IMG/VR virus record: IMGVR_UViG_3300048587_001155
Span: 1-64,000 of that record
Source: a virus
DNA length: 64,000 nucleotides
Reading direction: 5' to 3' (one strand)
In this document: piece after piece, positions 47,039 through 55,811 of the stretch
Position numbering within the stretch: position 1 is the first letter of the stretch
Layout: each line of letters starts with the position of its first letter
Notes under the pieces: model-generated
Databases searched by the model: none
Told to the model about the DNA's origin: nothing
Seen by the model: only the letters and a program-made list of their open reading frames with translations
Program-made: the position numbers and the translations under genes

Positions 47039-47653
47039 TCAGAACGGGTAATGAACGAGACCCAACTTTTCCGCATTCGTGTTCGCCGTGGTCGACGCGG
47101 AGAGCGCCGTGACAACCCAGTTATTGACGATGTTGGAAAAGCTGCCGGCCGACGCCACGTCGGTCGGAGCAACAACCGTCGGCTTGCCGAGTCGTCCGGA
47201 AGTGGTCGACGACGTGCTCGCCGCCGCTGTGACGGCGCTGAGTTTATCTCCGATCGCATAGAAGTTGTTGGCGCTCGCGGCGGGATCGTTCACGAAGAGG
47301 GTCGGACCTTCGATTGTGATGAAGAACCACTCTCCGTCCGCTACCGACGTCGAAATGAATTCGTCGACGATACCCGCGACGACTTCGTTCGTGACGTTCG
47401 CGTAGCCGTCCACTTCCGTCATGTTCGAGCCAGATTTGAACTTGACGGCTCGCTTCGGCAACAGAACCTGCCCCGATACGTTGCGAACCAATCGAACGCG
47501 CTTCTTCAGGTCGGTAGCCGCTCGGCCACCTTCCGGAATGAATTTGTTGTCGTCCGTGATCATGTACTCACGGCCGGCACTCAACGCGAAATCTTGATTC
47601 GCGTTGTACGGCTGGGTCGTACCCAGCGAGAACGGTAATTCATCAGACCGCAT
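47039..47653 (-). CDS. Capsid cement/decoration protein
   Basis: Immediately after the MCP; AGIVDE...DGEWFFITIEGP. Confidence 0.55.
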   Translation of the reverse strand: MRSDELPFSLGTTQPYNANQDFALSAGREYMITDDNKFIPEGGRAATDLKKRVRLVRNVSGQVLLPKRAVKFKSGSNMTEVDGYANVTNEVVAGIVDEFISTSVADGEWFFITIEGPTLFVNDPAASANNFYAIGDKLSAVTAAASTSSTTSGRLGKPTVVAPTDVASAGSFSNIVNNWVVTALSASTTANTNAEKLGLVHYPF

Positions 47654-47711
47654 GACTCTTTCCTCTCAACGTTCGTGACTGAGTGAAGGACACCAACGGA
47701 AGAACGCCGGA

Positions 47712-48809
47712 CTAGCTGATCTTCTCGATCTTCGCCTGAGTCCGCGGACGACGAACTTGCAAGTTGCCCATGAAGTCGGCCACGATCGCGCCCGTTCGTT
47801 TGATCGCGCTGATCGGCTCGGCTTCGGCGTTGAACAGCTGCCCTTGCATCGACAAGAGAGCCAACGTTCCGAAGTTGATGCCGAACCCGACGCCCGTTGG
47901 GACAGCAACGCCAGGCTGAGGCACGACGCTCGGTAGAACATCAACACCATCCATGTTGATGGCATCCTTGAACCCGAGCTGATAGACGTCCGAGTTCTTG
48001 TCGCTGACCACGATGCGCTCCTTCGCGCGCATCGCATTCTTGAAGTCGTCGAACATCTGCAAGTCGAGCAACACGAGATCGATTCGTTCCTCCTTCGATT
48101 CGTGCCGCATCTGGACACTCATGAGGTAGCTGAGAACCTCGAGGCAGTTATTCGCCCACGCGTTCCCATTCTTCCAGAAGACCGACGTGTAATTCAGGAT
48201 GATGGGAGTCCAGAAGTCATACTCCTCTGTTCCCCACCCGCCGAGCGGCCACAAAGCGGCATCACTCCACGAGCCGCCATACGCCTGCCGCGCAAGGTTG
48301 ATATTGGCATAGCTTCCGTTATTATCCGCCACGAGCGAATTCACAGTGGCCGTGCCAGCATGCTTAAAGATGGAGTTGTAACCGGTGATTCTCTGGGTGT
48401 TGCCCACAGCGTCGCCGTTGTACATCAGCTGTCGACCGAAATCGACCTTCAGATCTTCGATCAAGCTCTCGGTGTTATTGGCGAGCAGTGCCGTCAACGA
48501 TTCCGGCGATCGATTCGCCAACGCATCGAGCTTGGTGTACAGATCGGAGATCACGTACGCCTTGTAATCGAGCTTCGCCCGACGGTGAAGCTGCGTACGG
48601 CTCAGGGTGACTTCTTCGGTGTCCGCGATCGGCGCACCCTTTCGACGACGGAACCGGACCGGCCAATCGAAGTCGGTACCGGCACAGTTGTACCGGATCC
48701 GTCCTCGCTTATAGAGCATCGCCGGAAACACCTGATTGGACATAATCGCCGGCTCGGCCCCTTTCAGGTGCTTCGTGATGACCGTCGCCGCTTGTTCAGC
48801 CCATGCCAC
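47712..48809 (-). CDS. Major capsid protein
   Basis: 365 aa after the scaffold; GTDFDWPV, LGFKDAINMDGVDV, FMGNLQVRRPR. Confidence 0.8.
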   Translation of the reverse strand: MAWAEQAATVITKHLKGAEPAIMSNQVFPAMLYKRGRIRYNCAGTDFDWPVRFRRRKGAPIADTEEVTLSRTQLHRRAKLDYKAYVISDLYTKLDALANRSPESLTALLANNTESLIEDLKVDFGRQLMYNGDAVGNTQRITGYNSIFKHAGTATVNSLVADNNGSYANINLARQAYGGSWSDAALWPLGGWGTEEYDFWTPIILNYTSVFWKNGNAWANNCLEVLSYLMSVQMRHESKEERIDLVLLDLQMFDDFKNAMRAKERIVVSDKNSDVYQLGFKDAINMDGVDVLPSVVPQPGVAVPTGVGFGINFGTLALLSMQGQLFNAEAEPISAIKRTGAIVADFMGNLQVRRPRTQAKIEKIS

Positions 48810-48872
48810 GTTGAGACCCCTTCAGTTGTGGGACTTATGTCCCCGTTAAACTCGAACAACGATCAACACGAA

Positions 48873-50096
48873 TCAGTTGACACCCACCATCGCCCGGGCC
48901 AATTTCTCCCGAATATCGACGCTCGGATCGGCGAAGAAATCCTCCGCCGGAGAAGCTGCTGATGGGCTCGACACACTAGGGTTCCGGTGAGCCGTGCGTC
49001 GAAGCGCCTGCCGCTGTCGATCGCCTGGCGTCTGCTGAGGGGCTTGAGGCTGCGGGATGAATTGATGCTGTCCATTGACCGACGGCGCGCCGTTCGTGAA
49101 CAGCGTCGGGTTACTCGACAGAATCTCGACGGCCAGTTGATTCGATGCAAATCTGGCTCGCTCCATCGGAGTCAGACTTTGCGGCATGCTGTCGAGATGC
49201 TGCAGATACCGATAACCGAGGGGAGTCGGTTGATTGAGATTCAGGCCATAAGGACCTTGCTGAAAGAGCATCTGGCCGAACGATTGCATCACGTAATCGT
49301 TCGCCTGATTCAAGTTCGCCTGATATTCCTGCTGACGCTGCTGCTGCGCCTGATACTGCTGGAATTGGCTCATCGCCTGTTGCACGGCTTCCGACACGAT
49401 CGGCTTCATCGCCTCTTCAGGCCGTTCATACAGGTTGCGAAGGAACTCCTCGCGGCTTTGCGACCATTGCATGGCCTGCTGAACCGTTTCCGGCGCAACC
49501 GGCAGTCCGGTCGACTTACTGACGTATCGCTTCTCGCCTTTCTCACCGTCGATCACGGAGATATCAGCGTACTCGGGGCGCCATTGAGGGCGGGACGGCT
49601 GCTGTGGCGCCGGAGCCGCAGGAGGAGCCTGCGACTGCTGTTGCTGGATCTGCCGAGCCCAATCTTGCATCGCTTCCAGTCGACGAGCGGCTTCGGCTGC
49701 CTGCTGCTGCGCCTGAAAAGACTGGGTCAGCAAATCGTTGAGCGCCGTTTGGTCGTCCGGGTAATGGTGAACCGGCATTCCATACGACTGCAGGATCTCG
49801 CGAACAGACGCTCGACCCGCAGGGGACGCGGGGGGAGAATCGACTCCCCCCCCAGCGTCCACCTGCCCCTCGCTGCCGGAAGGCGCGTTGTTCGGATATG
49901 GTTGCTGTTGTTGCTGGCCGAAGGGAGCTTGGGCCGGGTCCATGTGGACGTCGGCTACGGGGGCATCCGGCGCTTCGTTAATCGTCGAACGAAGTTCTGA
50001 GGTTAAATCACTCAATGAGGCACTGTCGGTCGACGTATCCGGTCCGGTACCGGGTAAAGCATCGTCTCCACCGACATTTTCGAATTCATCTGCCAT
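48873..50096 (-). CDS. Scaffolding protein
   Basis: Acidic/Pro/Gln-rich coiled coil between portal and MCP. Confidence 0.7.
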   Translation of the reverse strand: MADEFENVGGDDALPGTGPDTSTDSASLSDLTSELRSTINEAPDAPVADVHMDPAQAPFGQQQQQPYPNNAPSGSEGQVDAGGGVDSPPASPAGRASVREILQSYGMPVHHYPDDQTALNDLLTQSFQAQQQAAEAARRLEAMQDWARQIQQQQSQAPPAAPAPQQPSRPQWRPEYADISVIDGEKGEKRYVSKSTGLPVAPETVQQAMQWSQSREEFLRNLYERPEEAMKPIVSEAVQQAMSQFQQYQAQQQRQQEYQANLNQANDYVMQSFGQMLFQQGPYGLNLNQPTPLGYRYLQHLDSMPQSLTPMERARFASNQLAVEILSSNPTLFTNGAPSVNGQHQFIPQPQAPQQTPGDRQRQALRRTAHRNPSVSSPSAASPAEDFFADPSVDIREKLARAMVGVN

Positions 50097-50147
50097 CTGC
50101 TTTCCTTCCGAATCGAGCTTCCGGCACGAGAGGAAGGAACAGAACTC

Positions 50148-50582
50148 TTACTTCACATGAGGGCTTCCGTACTTCTCTGTCACCATTTCGACAAGCTCTT
50201 GTCGAGGTAGAGAAGCTTTCGACGGGTCCATTCGTAGCTCATCAGAAATTGATTCGTCAATTAGATCCACTGCGAGCTTGACAGGCGGGGTCGGTTCTTT
50301 CTCCTCCGATCGGTGCTCGACAACCCCCTCGCATTCAAGGTTTCTCTCTTCGCAGATTCGCTTGATGTGCCCCCGGTAATCGCTGGTATCGATATGGCAA
50401 CCAAGCTGCTGCGAAAAGACCGTCGGCGTGTCGATTCCACGTGTAATCGTGGCGTTTGTCTTGATCGTCGGATAATCCTTATGGGCGTGCATATGGGCGA
50501 GCCAAGGATCAAAGCCGTCAGCAACCATGCGGTCGAATTCCGCCTTTATCTCAGGCGTCCGGAAGCTGAATTCCTTGCTCAA
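50148..50582 (-). CDS. Hypothetical head-module protein
   Basis: ATGA-coupled to the portal gene. Confidence 0.55.
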   Translation of the reverse strand: MSKEFSFRTPEIKAEFDRMVADGFDPWLAHMHAHKDYPTIKTNATITRGIDTPTVFSQQLGCHIDTSDYRGHIKRICEERNLECEGVVEHRSEEKEPTPPVKLAVDLIDESISDELRMDPSKASLPRQELVEMVTEKYGSPHVK

Positions 50583-52528
50583 GGTGCGTCTCCTTTCTTT
50601 TCTGCGGACGAACCGTTCGGATCATTTCCCTCTTCACCGGTGGGAGGCACGACCGGCGGGGCGGGAATAAGCTCTTGCATCGAGACGAGGTACTTGGACG
50701 GATCCAGACCTTGCGCCTTCGCCCAATCGGTGAGCAAGGCATTGATTTGATTGACCGCCTGCGGGGTGATTTGGAAGAACTGCATCAGGATCGGCAGGAT
50801 CGTTTGCACAGAGGCGGTCATATTCGCTATTTGCTGCTCTTGATTCGGTTTCTTCACTGAGCCCGCTTCGATGCGGAAATCGAGTTCCCGCATGATTTGT
50901 TCGCGCGTTTGACTCCGAATCGTTTGGTTCCATAGGAACGCTCCCGTCGTCCCGAGAACCGGCTGAATGTCCTTCTCTTCGAGGTGGTACCACGCCGCGA
51001 GGGCCTCCAAGCGGCTCACTTCGGTCATCCAATCCTCGACCTGATTGGCCATCGCCGTGATGCGAATTTGCGAACGATCCCCCTTGAGCGAGGCCTCCTC
51101 GGCCGACCGCATCGCTCCCTGGCCATACATCAACTCCATGAGGCCCGTACGGCGCTCGAAGAGCTGCATCATCAGATCCATGACTTTCCATAGATCCTGG
51201 TTCATCTCGGGGTGCTGAAGAAACTCAATCGAATCCTTGATTGATTTGACCGTCCCGTCGACTTCCACCATCGTCAGGTCCGAACCGTTCTGAATGGCCG
51301 TTTTGAGGTTCTCTTCCAGCCCTGTCTTCATCGCAATAATGTCGCGCGACCGTTTGGCGATGCCGCTGACCAAGAACGAGAAGATCCAGTCAATGGCCTT
51401 CAGTTCAGAAAGAGCAGGGCGGATATGGCTCATGGGCCACGGGGAACGGGGAACTTGATGGAAGTCGAGCAAGGCGAACGGCCATGATCCTTCCGCCCAG
51501 AAAGGGGTAGGCCAAGCCAGCCGATTGGCAATCTCCTCGACGTTCATGGTCTCCGGCTTATAGAGGTTCAAGAAGAAGTTCGAACCTTCCGTGACGACCA
51601 GATAAACGAAATCCCCGATCATCAGATCAATCGCATCCTCTTCCTCGGAGGAGTTCTCCTTTCCGACCAGCGAGGAGAGTCGGTACCCCAAACCGATCTT
51701 CGAGAAGATCTCGTAGAAGACGACGAGATCGGGGTTCGGCTTCTTACGATCCGTTTCCTTCGTGTCGGCGCTATTCGTTCCCGACATCGAACTATCGAGA
51801 TCACCCTTCACTTCACCCGGAGGTAGCTCGAATACCTCCTCCACCTTCCACTTCGGCCAAATCCGCCGGCGAATGACGAATCCCGCATCCTGCAGGGTCT
51901 CGGTATCGGCATCAATCAAGAGATTGTCCACGGTGTCGAATGTGCTCGACACCATTCGCTGTTCCGAGTCCGGCCACGTGACGAGCTCCGTCCAAAGCAC
52001 GCCACGTCCCTTGATCAACGCCTCGTCGACCGCAAGGCGCGCATGCGTCTTGAGTCCGCCTCCGATCATTTCGTTGGGAGTGTAGTTGAGATAGGCTTCC
52101 ATCAGCCGCGCACGAACGCTTGCCACCGCTTCGCGCATCGTTCTCTCTTGCTGAACAATCTGGGCGTACTCAGGGCCATAGAGCAGCGCGATCGAATCGA
52201 TCAAATCGGGGGATGGCCTAAGCGTGCACCGTCGGTTCGGATTCGCATGATACAGGTAGGGGCCGATCACACTTTTCACTTCGAACACTTTGTTGACGTT
52301 CCCGCGGAACATGGGCGTGGGGACGTTGGCATCCTCAGGAGCGAAGAACGAAGACACCTTCTTGCGAAAATCGCTATTGAAGATCTCGCCGGCGTTCCCC
52401 GTGTAAAAGTCCATGGCCGTTTTCGCGTCACTATCGAACGGCTCTTTCGCCTCCTTTGCCTTCTTGACGCGCATTTGCCATCGCTTCACCAGTTCTTTGA
52501 AATTCGTCGGCTTACCCACGGGAGTCAC
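50579..52528 (-). CDS. Portal protein
   Basis: 649 aa after the terminase; FERRTGLMELMYG...RSAEEA and DFRIEAGSVKKP are podovirus portal features. Confidence 0.8.
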   Translation of the reverse strand: MTPVGKPTNFKELVKRWQMRVKKAKEAKEPFDSDAKTAMDFYTGNAGEIFNSDFRKKVSSFFAPEDANVPTPMFRGNVNKVFEVKSVIGPYLYHANPNRRCTLRPSPDLIDSIALLYGPEYAQIVQQERTMREAVASVRARLMEAYLNYTPNEMIGGGLKTHARLAVDEALIKGRGVLWTELVTWPDSEQRMVSSTFDTVDNLLIDADTETLQDAGFVIRRRIWPKWKVEEVFELPPGEVKGDLDSSMSGTNSADTKETDRKKPNPDLVVFYEIFSKIGLGYRLSSLVGKENSSEEEDAIDLMIGDFVYLVVTEGSNFFLNLYKPETMNVEEIANRLAWPTPFWAEGSWPFALLDFHQVPRSPWPMSHIRPALSELKAIDWIFSFLVSGIAKRSRDIIAMKTGLEENLKTAIQNGSDLTMVEVDGTVKSIKDSIEFLQHPEMNQDLWKVMDLMMQLFERRTGLMELMYGQGAMRSAEEASLKGDRSQIRITAMANQVEDWMTEVSRLEALAAWYHLEEKDIQPVLGTTGAFLWNQTIRSQTREQIMRELDFRIEAGSVKKPNQEQQIANMTASVQTILPILMQFFQITPQAVNQINALLTDWAKAQGLDPSKYLVSMQELIPAPPVVPPTGEEGNDPNGSSAEKKGDAP

Positions 52529-52578
52529 CTACCTGTAGAAGGGAACTCTCCCCACAAATAGGGGAGAGAGTGGAAACC

Positions 52579-52908
52579 TTACTTGCTCTCAGAACCTTCA
52601 GGGTCGGCTGCCGCCGGGCTGGATTCTTCGCTAGGCAGTAACACTTCGGCAAGCTGCCGCATGATCTTGCCGGATTCGGTGAAGTCCCACTTGTATTGGA
52701 AGCGGTCGTCATTTTTGGCGAGGGTCGGATCGCCCACGAAACGAACGCCGGGATATTCCATTCGGTTGAAGAGATTCACGACGTCGATCGATCCGGGATT
52801 AATGCCTCTCACAATTCCCGGAAAGGGCTGGGGGTTGCCCTCGTCATAGAACTGCACGATCTCGAAGAGATGCGGCTTAGGCATCTCGTATTGCTTTACC
52901 TCAGACAC
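52579..52908 (-). CDS. Hypothetical protein
   Basis: AAGGAG RBS; between terminase and portal. Confidence 0.55.
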   Translation of the reverse strand: MSEVKQYEMPKPHLFEIVQFYDEGNPQPFPGIVRGINPGSIDVVNLFNRMEYPGVRFVGDPTLAKNDDRFQYKWDFTESGKIMRQLAEVLLPSEESSPAAADPEGSESK

Positions 52909-52918
52909 GCGAAACTCC

Positions 52919-54757
52919 TTATCTCAGATCCGGCCGTTTGTTGGGCGAAAGATCCACACCTCCTTTCTTTCGCGTTTTAGCGGCACGTTTCGCAAGTCTT
53001 GCCAGTATCGGATCGGAAAGATTATCCCGTCTGTGGCGGGGCCGAACGTACCTTGGTTGCCTTGCCGCGAAGTACTCGGCGCAGGTCACCAGGTGATTAT
53101 CTTTGTCGACTCGCTTATCGGTCGGCTGACCATCGGCCCGTTTCTGATAAACCTGTTTCGACATCTCCCAAACGAAGTTTTTGCACTTGTCCTTGTGGAC
53201 CCGGAGGACGGGAGTATCCGTCTGTGGCCTCATCTCGAGCCATTGCCGGAACGCTTCTTCGCGTCCCTTGATATCCCGGCTGCCGGGCCGAAATCCGTAA
53301 CCGGTCGCGATCGCACGAAGCCCCTTCTTCCGAAACGCCCGCTCATACGACTCCTCGACCGATATCCCGGAACCGATTTGAGTTTGCCGGCCCATCGACA
53401 TATCGATGATGAATTCCTGAAAAGTCTGATTCTCCGACTTTCGTTTCACCAAGTCAGCGAACTTGTCAGCCGACGCGCGCTCGAGATAAACCTCGTCGTA
53501 GAAGTGGACTTCGAACCCGAACTCCAGAGGAGGAATCGCGGCAAACAATCCAGCGGCACGCTGAACGCCAGGATCCACGATGAGGAAGCGACACCAGTCC
53601 GAGGGAATGGGAAAAGCATCGATAATGTGTCCAGGGACCGAAGGCATGCTCGGGCATTTGATTTCAGGAATGAATTCGGGATAGACCCGGAGGGCTCGGC
53701 GCCGCGATTTTCCCTCGTACCTGACCTCCCGTTCCGAAGGACTCAACTTCTTCCAGAATTCTTCTTTCGCTTGCTTGCTGATCGAAGGGTTGTCGTCGAT
53801 GTGAAGAAAGATTTCGACACACGAATCATCGGACGGATTGGCCGCACGATCGCGCATCTCATCGAGAACTTCAGTAGCCGTCTGCGGAGTGGCCGACCAC
53901 TGGAAGAAACCGCCCACTCGATCGACACGTCCACGCACCGCGACTTCCGGGTACCACTCCTCGTTGACGATTTCTTCGTCGAACCAAACGAGATCGTATT
54001 GATCACCCTGAGGAATATCGCCTTCCGATGATGCGAAGAAGATTTCCCAATCGTTGCGGAGTCGGATGCTTGCGGGTTGTCGGTCCCGTTTGTTGTACCA
54101 ACTGATGTCCTTGATCATTCGAGGCGGGATGAGGGGAGGGGCAAGCTTCCATTCATCCTCGCGGCTCATATCAGAGCGATTACTGAACTTCACGGCCCGC
54201 CACTGCCCGGTTTCCAGATCGCGAATGATGCTGAACGCACCGGCGCGTCCGAGTTTCTTCCAGATGATGCGGCCGATATGAGGCCAATCCTTGCCGACGA
54301 CGATCGCGGTTCCGCCGAACTCCGGGGTTCCGAGATATTTTCTCTGACTTGTTCCGCCATGGAGACCCTTGATCGTGCGAGGATGCTGACCGAGAACAAC
54401 CTTTGCAAAGTTGGCCGTAGCGACCGTCGTCTTACCCGAACGGTTCGAACCGATGATGGCGATCTCGGAAGCCTTCGATTTGAACACTTCCCGTTGGCCG
54501 GGATTGATCGGGGTGAAGAGTCGCCAACCCTCGATACGGCGAGCGTTGAACTCTTCCATGATGAGCTGCTCGGTAGGAGTCAGCGTCGCATTCGGTGGAA
54601 GGTGTTGTCTCTCTTCGTCGAGCTTCTTGAGATAGTTGGTTGCCTCTTCCGAAGCCTTGGGGGCTCGCTGACGGAAGGCCTCCATGAGTTGTTCAAGTTC
54701 AGCCGGATTCGTCTTCGGCTGTTTCTTCGGCCGACCCGGTTTCTTCTTCGCTGCCAT
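52919..54757 (-). CDS. terL: Terminase large subunit
   Basis: GSNRSGKT Walker A, LVWFDEE Walker B, SATP motif, LIVDPG nuclease, DKDNHL. Confidence 0.9.
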   Translation of the reverse strand: MAAKKKPGRPKKQPKTNPAELEQLMEAFRQRAPKASEEATNYLKKLDEERQHLPPNATLTPTEQLIMEEFNARRIEGWRLFTPINPGQREVFKSKASEIAIIGSNRSGKTTVATANFAKVVLGQHPRTIKGLHGGTSQRKYLGTPEFGGTAIVVGKDWPHIGRIIWKKLGRAGAFSIIRDLETGQWRAVKFSNRSDMSREDEWKLAPPLIPPRMIKDISWYNKRDRQPASIRLRNDWEIFFASSEGDIPQGDQYDLVWFDEEIVNEEWYPEVAVRGRVDRVGGFFQWSATPQTATEVLDEMRDRAANPSDDSCVEIFLHIDDNPSISKQAKEEFWKKLSPSEREVRYEGKSRRRALRVYPEFIPEIKCPSMPSVPGHIIDAFPIPSDWCRFLIVDPGVQRAAGLFAAIPPLEFGFEVHFYDEVYLERASADKFADLVKRKSENQTFQEFIIDMSMGRQTQIGSGISVEESYERAFRKKGLRAIATGYGFRPGSRDIKGREEAFRQWLEMRPQTDTPVLRVHKDKCKNFVWEMSKQVYQKRADGQPTDKRVDKDNHLVTCAEYFAARQPRYVRPRHRRDNLSDPILARLAKRAAKTRKKGGVDLSPNKRPDLR

Positions 54758-55154
54758 CGTCGAGTTCCTCTTCAGCCGGTGAGACGTCGATCTCGAGAAG
54801 TCCCTTTCGTTCCATCACGCGCGTCATGATCGAGAGTGCCGATTGTTCCAAATCGTTGTCCGATAGAAGAGGAATCGCCTTGTCCATCGCATCGAACGAT
54901 CCGCCGTGCATCTCGGCTTTGCGGCTCGCGCATTTGATGACGAGTTCGAGAATCGACAACTGTTGTTTCAGGCCTCGGGCATCGTTGAACAACAGGAGGA
55001 GAGAATTCGCAATGCCTTCGGCTCCACCAAACTTTCTCGTGATCGCGTCGGCGATCTCGGAGAAGTCCGCTTGGTTCTTCGTCGACATCATCTCCTTGAG
55101 CAGCCCGACCGCTTGAGCGAGCTGCGCAGGATCGGTGCGACCTTTGGCCGGCAT
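54699..55154 (-). CDS. Putative terminase small subunit
   Basis: Helical protein immediately upstream of terL; call from position only. Confidence 0.4.
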   Translation of the reverse strand: MPAKGRTDPAQLAQAVGLLKEMMSTKNQADFSEIADAITRKFGGAEGIANSLLLLFNDARGLKQQLSILELVIKCASRKAEMHGGSFDAMDKAIPLLSDNDLEQSALSIMTRVMERKGLLEIDVSPAEEELDDGSEEETGSAEETAEDESG

Positions 55155-55438
55155 CAACGTCTCCTCTTCTGTTTGCGTTTCCGTTCGGCATGTTGCTTGA
55201 TGGCGGCCGCTCTCAATTTCCAACGCCGAATATCGAGCCAGCGACGGGCAATCCAGATGAGATCGTTCGACATATCATCGCGGGCCCATTCTTCGATCCA
55301 CATGGAATCGAACGCGCGAAGCTCTTCGTAGGTGTACTGCTCGATCGATTCAGGAAGCTTCTTAATGCACTGTCGTTGGGATGTGCCCATTACGACTAAA
55401 ACCTCTCGGTCGATGATCGAGTCCGAGAGGAGTGCCAT
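55154..55438 (-). CDS. Hypothetical protein
   Basis: Coupled to the next gene. Confidence 0.45.
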   Translation of the reverse strand: MALLSDSIIDREVLVVMGTSQRQCIKKLPESIEQYTYEELRAFDSMWIEEWARDDMSNDLIWIARRWLDIRRWKLRAAAIKQHAERKRKQKRRR

Positions 55439-55471
55439 GATCCGCCATCGTGCGAGTTGATCAGTCAGGTA

Positions 55472-55789
55472 TCACCCCGAGACTAACTTGTAACCGACGG
55501 GCCCACTTACGAAGCCAGAACACTCCAGTCGCCACAGCATCCCCTTGGCACCCACGCGCAAACGCGTCGACACTGGCGCAGTAAAGAGAATGTCATTTCC
55601 CTCTTCATCTTGGTTGAGCGTCGTGAAAGAGGGTGTGGATGAACGGTCAGCCGGCGGATTGGCGGTTCCCAGCTTAATCGTCGCGGAGAACGGTCCCGTG
55701 AGGATGAGCAAGAGGTCACCGTCGGCTCGCACAAATGCACTGTTGCCGTTCCCTGTGAAAGTCCCCTCAACGACCTGCGGTATGTTCAC
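55472..55789 (-). CDS. Small beta-sandwich virion protein
   Basis: AAGGAG RBS; jelly-roll-like pattern. Confidence 0.5.
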   Translation of the reverse strand: MNIPQVVEGTFTGNGNSAFVRADGDLLLILTGPFSATIKLGTANPPADRSSTPSFTTLNQDEEGNDILFTAPVSTRLRVGAKGMLWRLECSGFVSGPVGYKLVSG

Positions 55790-55811
55790 GAACGAGTCTC
55801 CTTTTCAAAGA